A stretch of 64,000 nt of DNA from Bacteriovoracia bacterium (GCA_050246755.1 JBFWVL010000003.1:192001-256000), one strand, 5' to 3'; positions 50,436-60,740 are shown, counted from the first letter of the stretch. Translations and numbers: made by a program. Notes: generated by a model from the letters alone, not told the origin.

Positions 50436-53400
50436 CTAATCGTTCTCGTTCGCGCCCACACCGAAATACTTCGCGGCTGGGTGGTGCATCACGATCGCGG
50501 ACACGGATGCCTCGGGGTCCATCATGAAGCCCTCGGTGAGCCGCACGCTGATCTCTTCGGGCTTGAGCAGGCTCCAGAGAATCGCCTGGTCGTCGAGGCG
50601 GGGGCAGGCCGGGTAGCCGAAGGAATAGCGGCAACCGCGGTACTTGGCCTGAAATCTTTCCATCATCGTCATCTCGGGAGAGTCCGGAAATCCCCACTGT
50701 GAACGAATCTGGGCGTGAAGCATTTCCGCGTAGGCTTCCGCGGTCTCGAGCGCAAGGGCCGAGAGCGCGTGGGATTTTAGGTACTCGCCCTTCTGCTTCA
50801 GTTCTTCGGCGCGGGCGCGGATGCCTTCCCCCGCCGTCACGCAGAAGAGCGCTACTTGATCGAACCCCGCGTTGGCCACGGTGGAAGCGGGATTTACATA
50901 ATCGGAAATACTGAGGCCGTTCGGTCTCGCCTGGCGGGGGAAATCAAATATGGCGAGCGGCTTCTCGAAGGGATCGCGGGAATCCGCCTTAAAAAGGGAG
51001 AGGCGATTGCCGTCGGAGGTGGCTTTGTAGAACTGGAATACGGCCTTCACGCTCATGAGCCCGCTGGCTTTAATTTCCTGCTTCAGCTCCTCGATGATGC
51101 CGGCGAACTCCAGCATCTTGGCGCCGGAGGGGTGGTCGGCCAGTGCGCGCAAATCACCCTTTTGCCAGAGCTTCACCACTTCGCCCGGCATCCCGAGGTG
51201 GCGGTAAAAAAGCACCAGATTATTTACGTATTTCCAGATGAGGTCGAGGGATTGCCCACGCACCACGTGACGCTCGAAATCGGGCACCTTCGGCAAAGTT
51301 TCCAAAACGGGAACTTCGGTCGATCTGGTGGTGGAAGCCGACTGGGGCGCGGTGTTTTTCTCTCCGCCGGATTCGGACTGTAAGCTTGCCTGTTTTTCCC
51401 GAAGCGCATGCTCGTAAGGATTGCGCTTTTCTTTGTCTACGAGGGTTTTCGCGAGATCGAGGCCACCCATCGCGTCTTTGGCGTAGGAAACGAGCCCGCC
51501 GCCATAAGCTTTCGCGATTCTTTTGTTGGTGAAATTTTCGGAAAGCGCGGCGCCGCCCACAAGGATGGGCACGGTGATTCCCGCGTTCAATAAATCGCCG
51601 GCGGAAATCTCCATCTGCTGCGCGGATTTCACGAGCAGGCCGGAAAGCCCGAGGATATCGGGCTTATGCTCGCGTACGGCCTTGATCAGCTGATCGGAGG
51701 GAATTTTGATCCCGAGATTGATCACGCGGAACCCATTATTGCCGAGGATGATTTCCACGAGATTTTTGCCGATATCATGCACGTCGCCCTTCACGGTGGC
51801 GAGCACCACGGTACCCCGCACGGCCGTGTCGGTCTTTTCCATATACTGTTCGAGGTGAGAAACGGCGGCCTTCATCGCTTCGGCGCTCTGGAGTACTTCG
51901 GCCACGATCATTTCGTTCTTGTTGAACAGCCGCCCCACGGTGTCCATACCATGCATCAGGGGGCCGTTGATGATCTCGAGCGGAGTGGCCTCTTTGCGCT
52001 TGAGCTCGAGATCGGCGAACAAACCTTCTTTAGTGCCTTCGATAATATACTGTGCGAGGCGATCGTCGAGCGGCAATGCGGCGGCCACTTCCTTGGTGCG
52101 CGGCTTGGCGGCGCGAAAAAACGCGGCGAAAGCGGCCACGGGATCCTCGCCACGGTTCCAGAGCAGATCTTCACAAACCTTGATTTCTTCCGCGGTGAGC
52201 GAGCCGAAGCGCGGGATTTTTTCTGAGTTCACGATCGCGAGATCGAGGCCAGCTTTCACACAGTGGTAGAGGAATACGGCATTAAGGGCTTCACGGCCGA
52301 TGGCGGGCAGCCCGAAGGAAACGTTGGAGATCCCGAGCACGGTTCTAGTTCCGGGAAATTTTTCCTTCAGCAAGCGCACGCCTTCGATCGTTTCCACCGC
52401 CGAGCCCACGTACTGCGCGTCGCCGGTGCCGCAGGGAAATACGAGCGCATCCCAGTAAATATCCTCGGGCGGAATCCCGTATTTTTTCGTGAGCAGATCG
52501 TACTCGCGCCGGGCAATTTCTAGTTTTCTCTGGCGCGTAACGCCCATGCCCTGCTGGGGATCATCGTCGATCGTGCCCACCACCACGGCGGCCCCGTAAC
52601 TTTTCGCCATCGGCAGCACGTGCTGGAAGCGCTCTTCGCCGTCTTCGAGATTCACGGAATTGATGATGGATTTTCCCTGAATCATCTTGAGGGAGGCTTC
52701 GATCACGTGGTGATCGGTAGAGTCGATCATCACCGGCGCTTTGATTTTTTTCAGGAGCTCGGGCAGGAAGCGCTGCACGTCCGCCATCTCGTCGCGGTCC
52801 GGATTGGAAAGACACATATCCACGATATAGGCGCCCTTCTTCACCTGGGCGCGCCCCACCTCGGCCGCTTCTTCCCACTTCCCGGCCACGATCAGATCGC
52901 GGAATTTCTTGGAGCCGATCACGTTGGTGCGCTCGCCCACGAGCACCGGGCGCATCTCATCGGTAATCTCGAGATATTCCACCCCGGAGAGCCGCGAAAC
53001 ATGTTTCGTTTCGATCTTGCGCGGCGTGGAGCGATCGGCGATTTCGCGCAATTTTTTTACGTGGCCGGCGTGCGTTCCGCAACAGCCGCCGAGCACGTTC
53101 AGCCAGCCGCGCTGGAGGAAACTTTCGATCACGCCGCCAAGCATTTCCGGGCTTTCAAGGTAACGCCCGTTTTCGTCCGGCAATCCGGCATTGGGCACGC
53201 AGGCCACCGGAAAAGGCGCCATCTGCGCGAGCGTGCGGATATGGTCGGTCATGAATTCCGGGCCGGTGGAGCAATTCAGGCCGAGGTATAAAAGATCGCG
53301 ATGGAGGAGCGAAGTAAGCAAAGCGTCCACGGCCTGGCCCGCCAGCATGGATCCCATGGGCTCGATGGTGCCCGAGATCGCGATCGGCAAGGGGTCCGTC

Positions 53401-53978
53401 ACTTGCTTATGCAAACGGTCGATGGCCGCGAGGCAAGCCTTGATATTGGTGGTATCGTTGCAGGTTTCGATTAGGAAATAATCAGTGCCCCCGTCGTAGA
53501 GGCCGCGGGCCTGTTCGAAATAATGTTTTTCTAATTCATCAAAGGTGATGCCGCCCGTGAGCGAGATGGCCTTCGTGGTGGGGCCGATCGAACCAGCCAC
53601 GAAGCGGGGCCATTCGGGCGTAGAATACTCCGCGCAGGCTTCGCGTGCGAATTGCGACGCAAGGCGATTCACTTCGTAAGCCTTTTCGGAAAGCCCGTAC
53701 TCGCCGAGCACCAGCGGCGTGGCCCCGAAAGTATTGGTCTCCACGATATCCGCCCCGGCGGCGAGGTAGCGGGTATGCAGGCGCTTCACCACGTCGGGGC
53801 GAGTGAAAACGAGGTTCTCATTACAGCCTTCGAGCTCATCCCCGCCGAAATCCACGGCCGTGAGGTTTTCTTCCTGAAGAGCCGAGCCGGTGCCCCCGTC
53901 GAGCACGAGAACACGCTCTTTTAGGCGGTTCCGGAGTAAAGCCGTCCGCTCTTTTCTGCTCTCTGGCACACTGTTCAT
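50436..53978 (-). CDS. metH: Cobalamin-dependent methionine synthase
   Basis: GGCCGT, GERTNVIGS, KGDVHDIGKN, RYSFGYPACP. Confidence 0.96.
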   Translation of the reverse strand: MNSVPESRKERTALLRNRLKERVLVLDGGTGSALQEENLTAVDFGGDELEGCNENLVFTRPDVVKRLHTRYLAAGADIVETNTFGATPLVLGEYGLSEKAYEVNRLASQFAREACAEYSTPEWPRFVAGSIGPTTKAISLTGGITFDELEKHYFEQARGLYDGGTDYFLIETCNDTTNIKACLAAIDRLHKQVTDPLPIAISGTIEPMGSMLAGQAVDALLTSLLHRDLLYLGLNCSTGPEFMTDHIRTLAQMAPFPVACVPNAGLPDENGRYLESPEMLGGVIESFLQRGWLNVLGGCCGTHAGHVKKLREIADRSTPRKIETKHVSRLSGVEYLEITDEMRPVLVGERTNVIGSKKFRDLIVAGKWEEAAEVGRAQVKKGAYIVDMCLSNPDRDEMADVQRFLPELLKKIKAPVMIDSTDHHVIEASLKMIQGKSIINSVNLEDGEERFQHVLPMAKSYGAAVVVGTIDDDPQQGMGVTRQRKLEIARREYDLLTKKYGIPPEDIYWDALVFPCGTGDAQYVGSAVETIEGVRLLKEKFPGTRTVLGISNVSFGLPAIGREALNAVFLYHCVKAGLDLAIVNSEKIPRFGSLTAEEIKVCEDLLWNRGEDPVAAFAAFFRAAKPRTKEVAAALPLDDRLAQYIIEGTKEGLFADLELKRKEATPLEIINGPLMHGMDTVGRLFNKNEMIVAEVLQSAEAMKAAVSHLEQYMEKTDTAVRGTVVLATVKGDVHDIGKNLVEIILGNNGFRVINLGIKIPSDQLIKAVREHKPDILGLSGLLVKSAQQMEISAGDLLNAGITVPILVGGAALSENFTNKRIAKAYGGGLVSYAKDAMGGLDLAKTLVDKEKRNPYEHALREKQASLQSESGGEKNTAPQSASTTRSTEVPVLETLPKVPDFERHVVRGQSLDLIWKYVNNLVLFYRHLGMPGEVVKLWQKGDLRALADHPSGAKMLEFAGIIEELKQEIKASGLMSVKAVFQFYKATSDGNRLSLFKADSRDPFEKPLAIFDFPRQARPNGLSISDYVNPASTVANAGFDQVALFCVTAGEGIRARAEELKQKGEYLKSHALSALALETAEAYAEMLHAQIRSQWGFPDSPEMTMMERFQAKYRGCRYSFGYPACPRLDDQAILWSLLKPEEISVRLTEGFMMDPEASVSAIVMHHPAAKYFGVGANEND

Positions 53979-54047
53979 TTGGCACCCAATTTAGTCTAAG
54001 CAAGAGGGGGTGCAAAGGGATATTTTCCTGCTTATACTAGTAGTTGC

Positions 54048-54590
54048 ATGATCGAGTTTAAAATAATCTCCACCGTGGATCGCAGCCAGATCGGCAACTA
54101 CCAGCATTTAGGCGCCGAACTCACGATCGGCAGTGCAGACGGCGAGATGCTGATCGATGATCCCCAGATAGCCGCCTTGCAGCTTCGCGTGCGCGTCGCC
54201 GGCGGCCAACCTACGCTAGAAAACCTGGAACCCGGGGTGGAAGCTCGCTTAAATGGTCGCCCTTTCGAAGGCACGGTGCCCCTCAAGGAAAAAGACAACG
54301 TATCGGTGGGAAAAACCTCCATCCAAATTCTCCGCCTGGATCTTTCCACGATTGCGGCCCCCGAGCCGATCGACCACCGTAACGCCTTGACGCGCTTCGC
54401 CTCCGATACCAAAGAAAAGGCGATTCTCGATGGGCTGGAATACCTGGAACGTCAGGCGGGCGAAAGCCAATCCGGTACACCATCTCCTCCGGTCCCTGGA
54501 GCTCCCAGACCCGCCATTCCACCTCTACCCGGAAGAAAACCTCCTCCCCTGCCAGGCGGAATGCCGCCGCCCTTGCCGAAAAAGACCTAA
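54048..54590 (+). CDS. Degenerate FHA-domain protein with Pro-rich tail
   Basis: ELTIGS...IDDPQI...LENL...LNG...LKEKDNVSVGKT FHA-like pattern; PPLP repeats. Confidence 0.6.
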   Translation: MIEFKIISTVDRSQIGNYQHLGAELTIGSADGEMLIDDPQIAALQLRVRVAGGQPTLENLEPGVEARLNGRPFEGTVPLKEKDNVSVGKTSIQILRLDLSTIAAPEPIDHRNALTRFASDTKEKAILDGLEYLERQAGESQSGTPSPPVPGAPRPAIPPLPGRKPPPLPGGMPPPLPKKT

Positions 54591-54603
54591 GAGGATCCCC
54601 ATC

Positions 54604-55581
54604 GTGAGTAACACTTCTCCCATCCTGAACGAACATGGCTATTTCCGCACCCGCGACGGCGTGCGTGTGTATTACTCGGTGGAAGGCCCCAAAGGAGCTC
54701 CGCCCCTCCTCTTTTGCTACGGCCTGGTTTGTTCGAAGCTGCAGTGGAAATACCAAATGGAGAAATTTCGCGCTACCCACCGCGTGATCTACATGGACTA
54801 CCGCGGGCACGGCCAAAGCGCCCGCCCGGAGGATGCCTCCACCGTAACGATCGAAAACCTCGCCCGCGATCTGGTTACGTTAATGGACGAGCTCGAAATC
54901 GATTCCGCCCCCGTGCTTGGCCACTCCCTAGGGGTGAATATCATTCTCGATCTTTACCGGATCGCGCCTAAACGCGTGAAAGCCTTGGTGCTCGCCAATG
55001 GAACCCCCAAGGATCCGTTCGAGACCATGTTCCACCACAATTTCCTTCAGGTCTTTTTCCCAGCCATCCGCAAGCTGCACGGCTTTTTCCCGGAGGCTTT
55101 GGGAAAATTCTGGCGTTCCCAGGGCACTAATCCGATCAACCAGGAATTCATCGCCCTCGCGGGATTCAATCCTAAATACGCAAAACGAGAAGACATCAAC
55201 GAGTACCTGCGCCTCACGAGCACCGTAGACCTCGATATTTTCATGAACTTGCTCGGTGATTTCATGAAACACGACTCCACCCACTGGCTCCACGAAGTGA
55301 AAGTGCCCACGCTCGTGATCGCCGGCCAGCGCGACCTTATCACTCCGCCTCTCAACCAGCGCATTTTCGCTCAGCTCGTTCCCGGCGCGGAATTCCATGA
55401 GGTAAAAGAAGGCTCGCACTGCCCGCAGATGGAAAAACCCGACGAAGTGAATGCGCTGCTTGCCCGGTTCCTTTCGGAAGCGGAAAAAATGCCCGCGAAG
55501 AAGAATCCCAAGGTGGCGGCGAAGAAAAACGGCAAGAAATCTATTTCACGTCCGCGAGGAAGGGCTGTCCAAGCGGATTGA
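54604..55581 (+). CDS. Alpha/beta hydrolase
   Basis: DYRGHGQS, GHSLG nucleophile elbow, D and H (GSHCP); GTG start at 54604. Confidence 0.85.
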   Translation: MSNTSPILNEHGYFRTRDGVRVYYSVEGPKGAPPLLFCYGLVCSKLQWKYQMEKFRATHRVIYMDYRGHGQSARPEDASTVTIENLARDLVTLMDELEIDSAPVLGHSLGVNIILDLYRIAPKRVKALVLANGTPKDPFETMFHHNFLQVFFPAIRKLHGFFPEALGKFWRSQGTNPINQEFIALAGFNPKYAKREDINEYLRLTSTVDLDIFMNLLGDFMKHDSTHWLHEVKVPTLVIAGQRDLITPPLNQRIFAQLVPGAEFHEVKEGSHCPQMEKPDEVNALLARFLSEAEKMPAKKNPKVAAKKNGKKSISRPRGRAVQAD

Positions 55582-56983
55582 TAAAAAATCCCTGCCAGCG
55601 TTTTTTCACGATCGCCACCGTATCGCGAGTATAGAGCGGAACGATAAATCCGGCTTCCATCAGCGTATCCTCCGCATCCTGGTAGCGCCCTTCGCTCACG
55701 GCGCGGTCGTAAACCGCCGAGGTCCAGCCTGTCCAATTGGCGGTGCTGCCCGTCATGAATTCCTGCAGGTAAGCGCGGGGATGATTGTAAGGGGCCGTAA
55801 TACCGCCGAGAAAAATCGAGGCGGTATTGGTGCCGATCTCTTTCCAATAAACCTTCGCCTCCTGCACCTGGATGGGAATCCTCACGCCGAGTTTTTTTTC
55901 CCACTGTCCCTGCGCCCACTCCGCCAGCTGCTTGTGCGCTTCTTTGTTATATACCCGGAGCGTGAGGTCCATTTTTCCTTCCGCCGCGGCAGCGGCGAGC
56001 AGCGCCTTTGCTTCCGCCATTTGCTTCGCATGCTCCCTCACTACTATTTTCTTCAGCTCGGGAAAAATCTGGTTCGTCAGCCACCGGCGCGTTCCCTGAT
56101 ATTCCTTGCCCAATACCTTAGGCACTTCGGAGCGGTCTAACGCCCAGGAAAGCGCGGCGCGCAACGTGGGATTGCGCAGAAGAACCGACTTTTCCGCATT
56201 CAGGCCGAAGTAGTAAGACGTGAGCGAAGGAAATAAACGGAACTCGCCACCCGCCTCCAACTTCGGCGTACGCAGCAACAGATTGAGATCGCGCATCCAA
56301 TCGAGCTTTCCCTGCTCAAAAAGCGTTTTGGCGGTGCCGTCGTCGGGCACGAAGTAATATTCCAAGCTGTCGAGCGTCCCCTTCTCTTCGTAGAAAGGAT
56401 TGCGCTCAAGGGTGAGCAGCTGCCCCGGCTTCCAGCTCTGCACGCGGTAAGGCCCGTTCACGAAGAGAGTATTGCCTTCGTTGAAGGCGCGGGGATTTTT
56501 CGCGAGATTATCGAGCCGCAACGGAAAGAACACATAATGCGAAAGCAGCGCGATCGCTTCGGGAGCCGGGCGGGAAAATACCACCTGGAGCTCGCGGCAG
56601 CTTTTCGCCTCGTAACTTTTAAAAATCGAAGCGTAGTGCGCGTAAGGCGAAGCGAACTTTTTGTTGCGGAGCCGGTCCCATGAATCCACGAATTGCTGCG
56701 CGCAGAGCGGAGAGCCATCGCTCCAGCGGCGGCTGCGTTTTAAGTGCAACTCCAATTTCGTATGCTCGGCATTCCATTTGAAAGATTGGGCCGCGGCGGT
56801 CTGCGGCGCGCCGTTTTTGTCCGCGCGGAAAAGCCCCTCCATCAATTGGTAAACCACTTCCGGATTCACCTCTCCGTAGTTCCAGTCAAGAGTGCCGAGA
56901 TCTTCCGCCAAACGCACGCGAAATACTTTGGGATCAGCCGCAAAAACTTGGAAGGCCAGGAGGAGAGAGAGGAAAAAGGGCAT
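55541..56983 (-). CDS. Peptide ABC transporter substrate-binding protein (OppA-like)
   Basis: Signal peptide; LMEGLFR, WSDGSPL, NGPYRV, LRAALSWALDR. Confidence 0.85.
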   Translation of the reverse strand: MPFFLSLLLAFQVFAADPKVFRVRLAEDLGTLDWNYGEVNPEVVYQLMEGLFRADKNGAPQTAAAQSFKWNAEHTKLELHLKRSRRWSDGSPLCAQQFVDSWDRLRNKKFASPYAHYASIFKSYEAKSCRELQVVFSRPAPEAIALLSHYVFFPLRLDNLAKNPRAFNEGNTLFVNGPYRVQSWKPGQLLTLERNPFYEEKGTLDSLEYYFVPDDGTAKTLFEQGKLDWMRDLNLLLRTPKLEAGGEFRLFPSLTSYYFGLNAEKSVLLRNPTLRAALSWALDRSEVPKVLGKEYQGTRRWLTNQIFPELKKIVVREHAKQMAEAKALLAAAAAEGKMDLTLRVYNKEAHKQLAEWAQGQWEKKLGVRIPIQVQEAKVYWKEIGTNTASIFLGGITAPYNHPRAYLQEFMTGSTANWTGWTSAVYDRAVSEGRYQDAEDTLMEAGFIVPLYTRDTVAIVKKRWQGFFINPLGQPFLADVK

Positions 56984-57016
56984 GCGGTAGTTTACCAGAG
57001 AATACCATCGAAGAGC

Positions 57017-58294
57017 TTAGTTTAACGTGGTTTCGCTCAAACCCTGGGGTAGCAAATGCCCCAGTACACGGTGCATGGCCATTTTTGTCTGAGCGGCTTT
57101 GTACACTGCATGGGACGCGCGGCCGCTTTCGGCCTCTTCAAAATTCTCTAAATCCATGATTTGCACTTCAAAGGGATAAAAAAATCTCTGTTCCTTTGCG
57201 AACTGCGAAAAATCCAAGCGGTCCATCACCGATTTCACTTCTTGGTCTTGCGTATTGCGCAGCAAGGCGCGCAGGTTTTTTACCTCTTCGAAAACACTGG
57301 AACGGTACTTGATTAGCTGGCGGCAAGTGAACTGAATCGAGTGGAAGGTAGACATAGTGAAAGGATTATTTTCCGTAATCTCTTTTTGGGCTTCCGCGTA
57401 TCCCTCGAGTAGTGAAGACTCGAGCAGGCTGTTTATCGCCTCACGGTCACTCAGCTCTCCCCGCACCACGGCGTGCCGTACTTCACGCCATTTACGGCGG
57501 TATAATTTCGGATCCACCAGATTATTCCGTGAGCGTGAAGGCCGCAGGTTCATCATCATTACGATGTAACGGTCGCGCAGGTATTTCAGCACCCGCACCA
57601 CGTCGATCCGGGAATTGGTCACGAAGCGTACGCCGATCTGATCGAACACGTCCTCGGCCAGCGTCTCTTTTTTATGGAGAAGTTTCAAGATCACCGAATC
57701 CCGCGTCTTGCGTGGCTTAGTCTGGAACTTTTCCAGGGCTACGGAGTTAGCGTGCCGCGGATCTCCTAAATAAATTTTTCCTTCCTCGGTATGAATTTCT
57801 TTATAGAAACGATCGAAGATCTGCTTTTGGATCTCGGGAAAAAAATCGTGGCGCAAATCTTTATCCAGATGAGAGATGGCGTGCACCACACGGAGGATAG
57901 AGCAGGCCCAGCGCGTACGGTTGATTTCCTCCAGGCTCTTATCGGAGGCCCAGGCGAATAGCAGCCGTACGTCACTCAGCTCAAGAAAAGCTTTGGGAAT
58001 CTCGAGATCGGCGCCGTCCGGATTGTCCGGCTTCAGAAAATAGCGACGAATGAAACGCAGAGCCTCGTGGTAGTTGCCGAGCACCTCGGCCCCCTCCACG
58101 GGGTTCTCCAAATTATAACCGTACTTGAAAAGAAATTCGTCGGCGGCTTCCACGGTGCGGATCGGCAAGCCGTGATGGGAATCGATCACGCTGCGGCCAC
58201 GCAACATGAGGTTCATCACGTCGCGCGCGAGGCGAAGCGAATCCACGTAGGCGAGAAGCTCCTCGGCTGTCTGCTGCGGCGTAACTTCCACCAA
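57017..58294 (-). CDS. TIGR04552/TIGR04562-like protein (RelA/SpoT-like nucleotidyltransferase fold)
   Basis: KTRDSVILKLLHK, VFDQIGVRFVT, IQFTCRQLI, PFEVQI, ASHAVYK. Confidence 0.7.
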   Translation of the reverse strand: MVEVTPQQTAEELLAYVDSLRLARDVMNLMLRGRSVIDSHHGLPIRTVEAADEFLFKYGYNLENPVEGAEVLGNYHEALRFIRRYFLKPDNPDGADLEIPKAFLELSDVRLLFAWASDKSLEEINRTRWACSILRVVHAISHLDKDLRHDFFPEIQKQIFDRFYKEIHTEEGKIYLGDPRHANSVALEKFQTKPRKTRDSVILKLLHKKETLAEDVFDQIGVRFVTNSRIDVVRVLKYLRDRYIVMMMNLRPSRSRNNLVDPKLYRRKWREVRHAVVRGELSDREAINSLLESSLLEGYAEAQKEITENNPFTMSTFHSIQFTCRQLIKYRSSVFEEVKNLRALLRNTQDQEVKSVMDRLDFSQFAKEQRFFYPFEVQIMDLENFEEAESGRASHAVYKAAQTKMAMHRVLGHLLPQGLSETTLN

Positions 58295-58334
58295 AATTCC
58301 CCCCGAGCCATAGAAGAGCTGTTATGCTCTAAGT

Positions 58335-58835
58335 ATGGCTCAAGCTTCCTTATACACCTTTTTCGCGGCGCTCAGTGAGCTAGTCGCTACCTTTTTTTAC
58401 GTGGGACGCTCCCCCAAAGCTCCGGGCACCATGGGCTCGCTCGTAGCACTGCCCTTCGCCTGGTATCTATGGATGCTGCCCGTAGAGATGGCGTGGCCCA
58501 TCGTGATCGCAGTTTTTTTATTAGGATGCTGGGCGGCAAGTGGCGTGATTCGCCGCACCGGAACTCAGGATCACCAGAGCGTGGTGATCGATGAAGTGGT
58601 GGGGATTTTTTTGACCACCAGCATCGCGGCCCACCTTTGGTGGCATTACTTATTGGCTTTCCTGCTTTTCCGCATCTTCGATATTTGGAAACCCTTCCCG
58701 GTGGGACTCGTGGACAAAAATATCAAGGGTGGATTCGGCACCATGCTCGATGATGTGGTGGCGGCTATGTTTGCCACCGGAATTCTCTGGGTGATCTTGC
58801 GCTATTCGGCGGGGATGGTTGGGGCGAGCGCTTAG
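58335..58835 (+). CDS. pgpA: Phosphatidylglycerophosphatase A
   Basis: APGTMGSL, VVIDEVVG, FRIFDIWKP, MLDDVVA. Confidence 0.92.
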   Translation: MAQASLYTFFAALSELVATFFYVGRSPKAPGTMGSLVALPFAWYLWMLPVEMAWPIVIAVFLLGCWAASGVIRRTGTQDHQSVVIDEVVGIFLTTSIAAHLWWHYLLAFLLFRIFDIWKPFPVGLVDKNIKGGFGTMLDDVVAAMFATGILWVILRYSAGMVGASA

Positions 58836-59252
58836 CTAGCTTACTAATTTACTGAGCACCACGGCTACGCCGATCGCCACGGACACGATGGTTCCGAGCT
58901 TGATCGTCATGCGATATTCCAGGGCTTTCATTTCGTGGCGAAGTTCGGAACCAAGTTCTTTCATTTCGCCACGAAGCTCGGAACCAAGCTCTTTCATTTC
59001 ACCGCGAAGCTCGGTGGTGACGGCCTTCATCTCGCCCCGTAATTCAATCGCGAGATCCTTCATTTCTTGGCGCAAAACCGCACTGAGATTTTTCATCTCT
59101 TGCACCATCTGGTTCGTCAAATCTCGAATATCTTGCTGCGTGGCTAAATGACTGTCCATAAGCTCTACCAAAATTTGTATGTGAGCCTCAGCTTCCTCGC
59201 GCGACAAGCCAATCTCTTCCAATCTTTTAACATATTTGAGCGAATTAAACAT
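58836..59252 (-). CDS. DUF1640/CCDC90-like coiled-coil protein with C-terminal anchor
   Basis: FNSLKYVKRLEEIG...LATQQD; 11-aa ELRGEMKELGS repeats; C-terminal TM helix. Confidence 0.75.
   Translation of the reverse strand: MFNSLKYVKRLEEIGLSREEAEAHIQILVELMDSHLATQQDIRDLTNQMVQEMKNLSAVLRQEMKDLAIELRGEMKAVTTELRGEMKELGSELRGEMKELGSELRHEMKALEYRMTIKLGTIVSVAIGVAVVLSKLVS
58927..59100 (-). repeat. 33-nt intragenic tandem repeat (hendecad coiled coil), about five copies
   Basis: TTCAT(T/C)TC recurs every 33 nt on the + strand. Confidence 0.8.
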
Positions 59253-59399
59253 GCGTTCTCCTTCGGCCGCCCGAGGGCAGAAAGAAGGCCAAGTCTCCCT
59301 GCCCTATCCAACGAAAGTCCTTGGACTTTTTCCAAACACGCCCGATTTCCGTTCAAAAAATTTCCGAAAATCCTCCAACGGGCGTAACGTGCTCCGGGA

Positions 59400-60698
59400 A
59401 TGGCAAAAAAATCCGGTAAAGAAGTTCTCCTCCTCTCCATCGGCGACGAGCTCCTCGATGGCCGTACCCAGAACACGAATGCGTCCTGGATCGGCGAACA
59501 GTTTCGCCTAAACGGAATCAAGGTCACGGAAGTACGCTGCGTTTCAGATGATCTTTCCGAAATCGTGGAAGCCCTGCACACCGGTAAAAAATTCTCTGTC
59601 GTGATCGCCACCGGCGGGCTCGGCCCCACGAACGACGACCGCACCCTTCTCGGCGCAGCGAAGGCCTTCAAGAAAGCACTCGTCAAAACGAAAGCGTCCC
59701 TCGAGCACGTGAGGTCCCGCTACGCCGCAAGAAACGTGGAGCTCACCGAAACGCGGCAACGCCTAGCGCTCGTGCCCAAAGGTGCAAAAATTCTCCAGAA
59801 TCCCACCGGCACCGCTCCGGGCGTTCATCTGAAAATAGAAAAAACGGATTTCTTTTTTCTTCCCGGCCCACCCCACGAGTGCCGCCCGATGTTCGAGGCG
59901 GATATTTTACCCAAGGCAAAAAAGAAACTATCGGCTAATAAGCTGGTACGCCGCGAATTCTGGCGCACCTTCGGCCGCGGCGAAGGTGATATCTACGCGA
60001 GCGTAAAACCGATAGTGGAAACGCTCGAGCAGAAATACCCGGAAGCGATCCGCTTCGGCGTGCATATCAGTTTTCCTTATATTGACCTCACTCTTGAGCA
60101 TTGGAAGGCACCCGGAAAGAAAAATCCTGCCCCCGCGGAGCTGGATGCCGCCGTAAAAGCAGTCCTACGCGCCCTCGGAATGCTTTGCTTCACGCGTGAA
60201 CGCGAAACCTTGCCCGAAGTATTAGTGAAAATGCTGCAGTACCTGAAGTGCACGGTCGCCACCGCCGAGAGCTGCACGGGTGGCCTCGCCGGAAAACTAC
60301 TCACCGATATTCCCGGCACTTCTTCGGTATATCTGGGCGGCGTGATCGCCTATGCAAATGAAGTAAAAGTTTCTTTGCTCGGAGTAAGGCCGGAAATTTT
60401 AGAAACGGTGGGCGCCGTATCGGAGCCCTGCGCTTTTCAAATGGCGGAGGGCGCGCGCTTGCGGTTTGGGTCTACGTTTGCCTTGGCGCTTACCGGAATT
60501 TCCGGGCCGGGCGGCGCCACCCCGACTAAACCGGTCGGAACATTATATGTAGCGCTTTCGGACGCCGAAGGTTCGCAAACCATGCACCATGTTATTTTAT
60601 CCAGTAAAGGCAATAGAGAACAGAATCGGATTATTGCCGCTCATCTTGCATTCGATGCGCTGCGCCGGCGGATTCTTAATGCTACAAAATCAACGTAA
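59400..60698 (+). CDS. cinA: CinA-family protein (MCD domain + NMN deamidase)
   Basis: IGDELLDG...NTN, GGLGPTNDD, AESCTGG, TGISGPGG; upstream of recA. Confidence 0.92.
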   Translation: MAKKSGKEVLLLSIGDELLDGRTQNTNASWIGEQFRLNGIKVTEVRCVSDDLSEIVEALHTGKKFSVVIATGGLGPTNDDRTLLGAAKAFKKALVKTKASLEHVRSRYAARNVELTETRQRLALVPKGAKILQNPTGTAPGVHLKIEKTDFFFLPGPPHECRPMFEADILPKAKKKLSANKLVRREFWRTFGRGEGDIYASVKPIVETLEQKYPEAIRFGVHISFPYIDLTLEHWKAPGKKNPAPAELDAAVKAVLRALGMLCFTRERETLPEVLVKMLQYLKCTVATAESCTGGLAGKLLTDIPGTSSVYLGGVIAYANEVKVSLLGVRPEILETVGAVSEPCAFQMAEGARLRFGSTFALALTGISGPGGATPTKPVGTLYVALSDAEGSQTMHHVILSSKGNREQNRIIAAHLAFDALRRRILNATKST

Positions 60699-60710
60699 AG
60701 AAAAAACCGG

Positions 60711-60740
60711 TGTACTAAAAATGTACTACTTGTTATAAAT
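60711..60740 (+). promoter_or_regulatory. Putative recA promoter with TGTACT-N5-TGTACT direct repeat
   Basis: Repeat at 60711-60716 and 60722-60727; extended -10-like TGTTATAAAT at 60731-60740. Confidence 0.45.

Noticed and set aside
58927-59100. CRISPR-like 33-nt periodicity
   Set aside because: Contiguous coding repeats of an 11-aa coiled coil, without spacers
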